Shown here in pieces: positions 62,880 through 64,000 of a DNA stretch of 64,000 nucleotides. Source of the stretch: Camelus dromedarius. Taxonomy: Eukaryota. Positions within the stretch are counted from its first letter, which is position 1. Each line of letters begins with the position of its first letter. Where the stretch lies: NCBI RefSeq assembly GCF_036321535.1, contig NC_087436.1:14012001-14076000 (forward strand). Reading direction: 5' to 3'. The notes beneath the pieces are model-generated. The model had not been told where the DNA came from, made no database searches, and saw only the letters and a program-made list of their open reading frames with translations. The position numbers and the translations under genes were made by a program.

Positions 62880-63620
62880 GGTGGTACTATTTTCTGGGAC
62901 CTGATGGAGGAAATAGGTTGGGCGCAGGATGTGGGAATAGAGGGTAACATTTAGGAAATGTTAAGTTGCAGATGCGCCTGAAATACCTGAGGGAGGTACG
63001 AGGCTGGTACTTGGATGAGCGTAAGAGTCTGGACACTAGAGATATTTGAATGAAGGAATAGGGAGGGTATAGCTCAAGTGGTAGAGCACATGCCTAGCAC
63101 ACACAAGGTCCTGGATTCAATCCAGAGAAGCCCCTCCAAAATTAAATAAATAAATAAACCTAATTATCTCCCCCCAACCAAAAAGAAAAAAAAAAGTAAT
63201 GACTGAAGGACTAGATTTGGAAGTCATCGGTAAATGGATGGTGTTCAAAGCCATGGGTGAAAACACCTGGGAAAAAGAAATGGATAGAGAAGAGTGAGAG
63301 GGCACATGTAGAGACCAGGCAGAGGGTGAAGGAGACCGGTCAGAAGTGTCTGGTGGGACAGGAGGAAAATTTGGAGGCTATGGGGTCAGGGAAAACAAGA
63401 GATGAGAGTGATTCAAGGAGAGGAAGTGGGCCGCCATGTTTGTTGCACCTGCCAGGATGGTTATATCAGATGAAGTTGGGTTGGACAACACGGAAGCCAT
63501 CGATGACCTTGATCAGTGGGGCCGTGATGTAGCTGGATGACACAAGCTTCAAATAAGATGTAGTTTTTAAAGAAAAAAAAGAGAGAGAGAGAGAGAGATA
63601 ATTTGGAAATGGCCACGGAG
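62880..63620 (-). mobile_element. L2 LINE fragment interrupted by a SINE
   Basis: 'ttaggaaatgttaagttgcagatgcgcctgaaatacc..agatttggaagtcatcggtaaatggatggtgttcaaagccatggg'. Confidence 0.7.
63060..63195 (+). mobile_element. tRNA-Ala-derived SINE (vic-1-like)
   Basis: ggggagggtatagctcaagtggtagagcacatgcctagcacacacaaggtcctggattcaatcc and tail; flanks tgaagga(a/c)ta. Confidence 0.92.
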
Positions 63621-64000
63621 GGGTGGTGGTTTCAAGAGAAGCAGTGTTAGGGGAGGGGATCAGTCTGGTTCCAGTCAACGCAGGATGCTGGGGACCCTGA
63701 AGGGAGGGGCTGGAGGTGTGGAATCTGCCAATCACAGCAGAGCCCAGGGTGCGGTGAGGGCGGCGGTGGGTCCATTCAGGGGAGGTGGAGATCGGAGCAG
63801 GGACAAGTCAGGGACAACTGCCTGAAGGCTCGGACTTCTCACGGGACCCAGTCTGCAGGCTGGTGAGGTCTGCAGCCCGGAGTCCTGGGGGCAGGGGGAG
63901 GGGGCCGGCTGCGGGGCAGGGGCTCTGCTTCTTGCTCAGCTTGACGGTGGTCCTGGGGGACCGCTCTGGCATGCAGCTGGCTTTATAGCTTTTTAACAGC

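Noticed and set aside
1..64000. CRISPR array, prokaryotic operon, rRNA, miRNA or snRNA genes
   Set aside because: No repeat-spacer array, no long coding regions and no sequence I recognise as a known structural RNA. A covariance-model search (Infernal/Rfam) would be needed to exclude small RNAs fully.

Overview
Mammalian genomic DNA, very likely camelid: there are 14 copies of a tRNA-Ala-derived SINE matching the camelid vic-1 type, plus artiodactyl-type L1 3' ends. I recognise no protein-coding gene, rRNA, genuine tRNA or miRNA. The ORF track is mostly L1/LTR read-through or chance ORFs. The window is a repeat-rich intergenic or intronic stretch holding young and old L1s, four ERV solo LTRs, MaLR/ERVL LTRs, hAT DNA transposon remnants and MIR/L2 fragments. 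A CpG island at about 30.5-32.3 kb looks like a promoter or regulatory element. I find no support for a new biological system. The best leads are: (1) a young L1 subfamily that appears to have captured an ancient L1MD-like 3' end; (2) a 37-bp duplicated exon-like module at 52.0/53.0 kb, one copy using an LTR-supplied acceptor; (3) a chain of + strand exon-like segments at 4.8-7.7 kb, including a tandemly duplicated splice acceptor; (4) a STAT/AP-1/NF-kB motif cluster next to a CTCF motif at 42.3-43.0 kb. Repeat family names come from recalled consensus sequences and need RepeatMasker/Dfam confirmation. Old-repeat boundaries are approximate.
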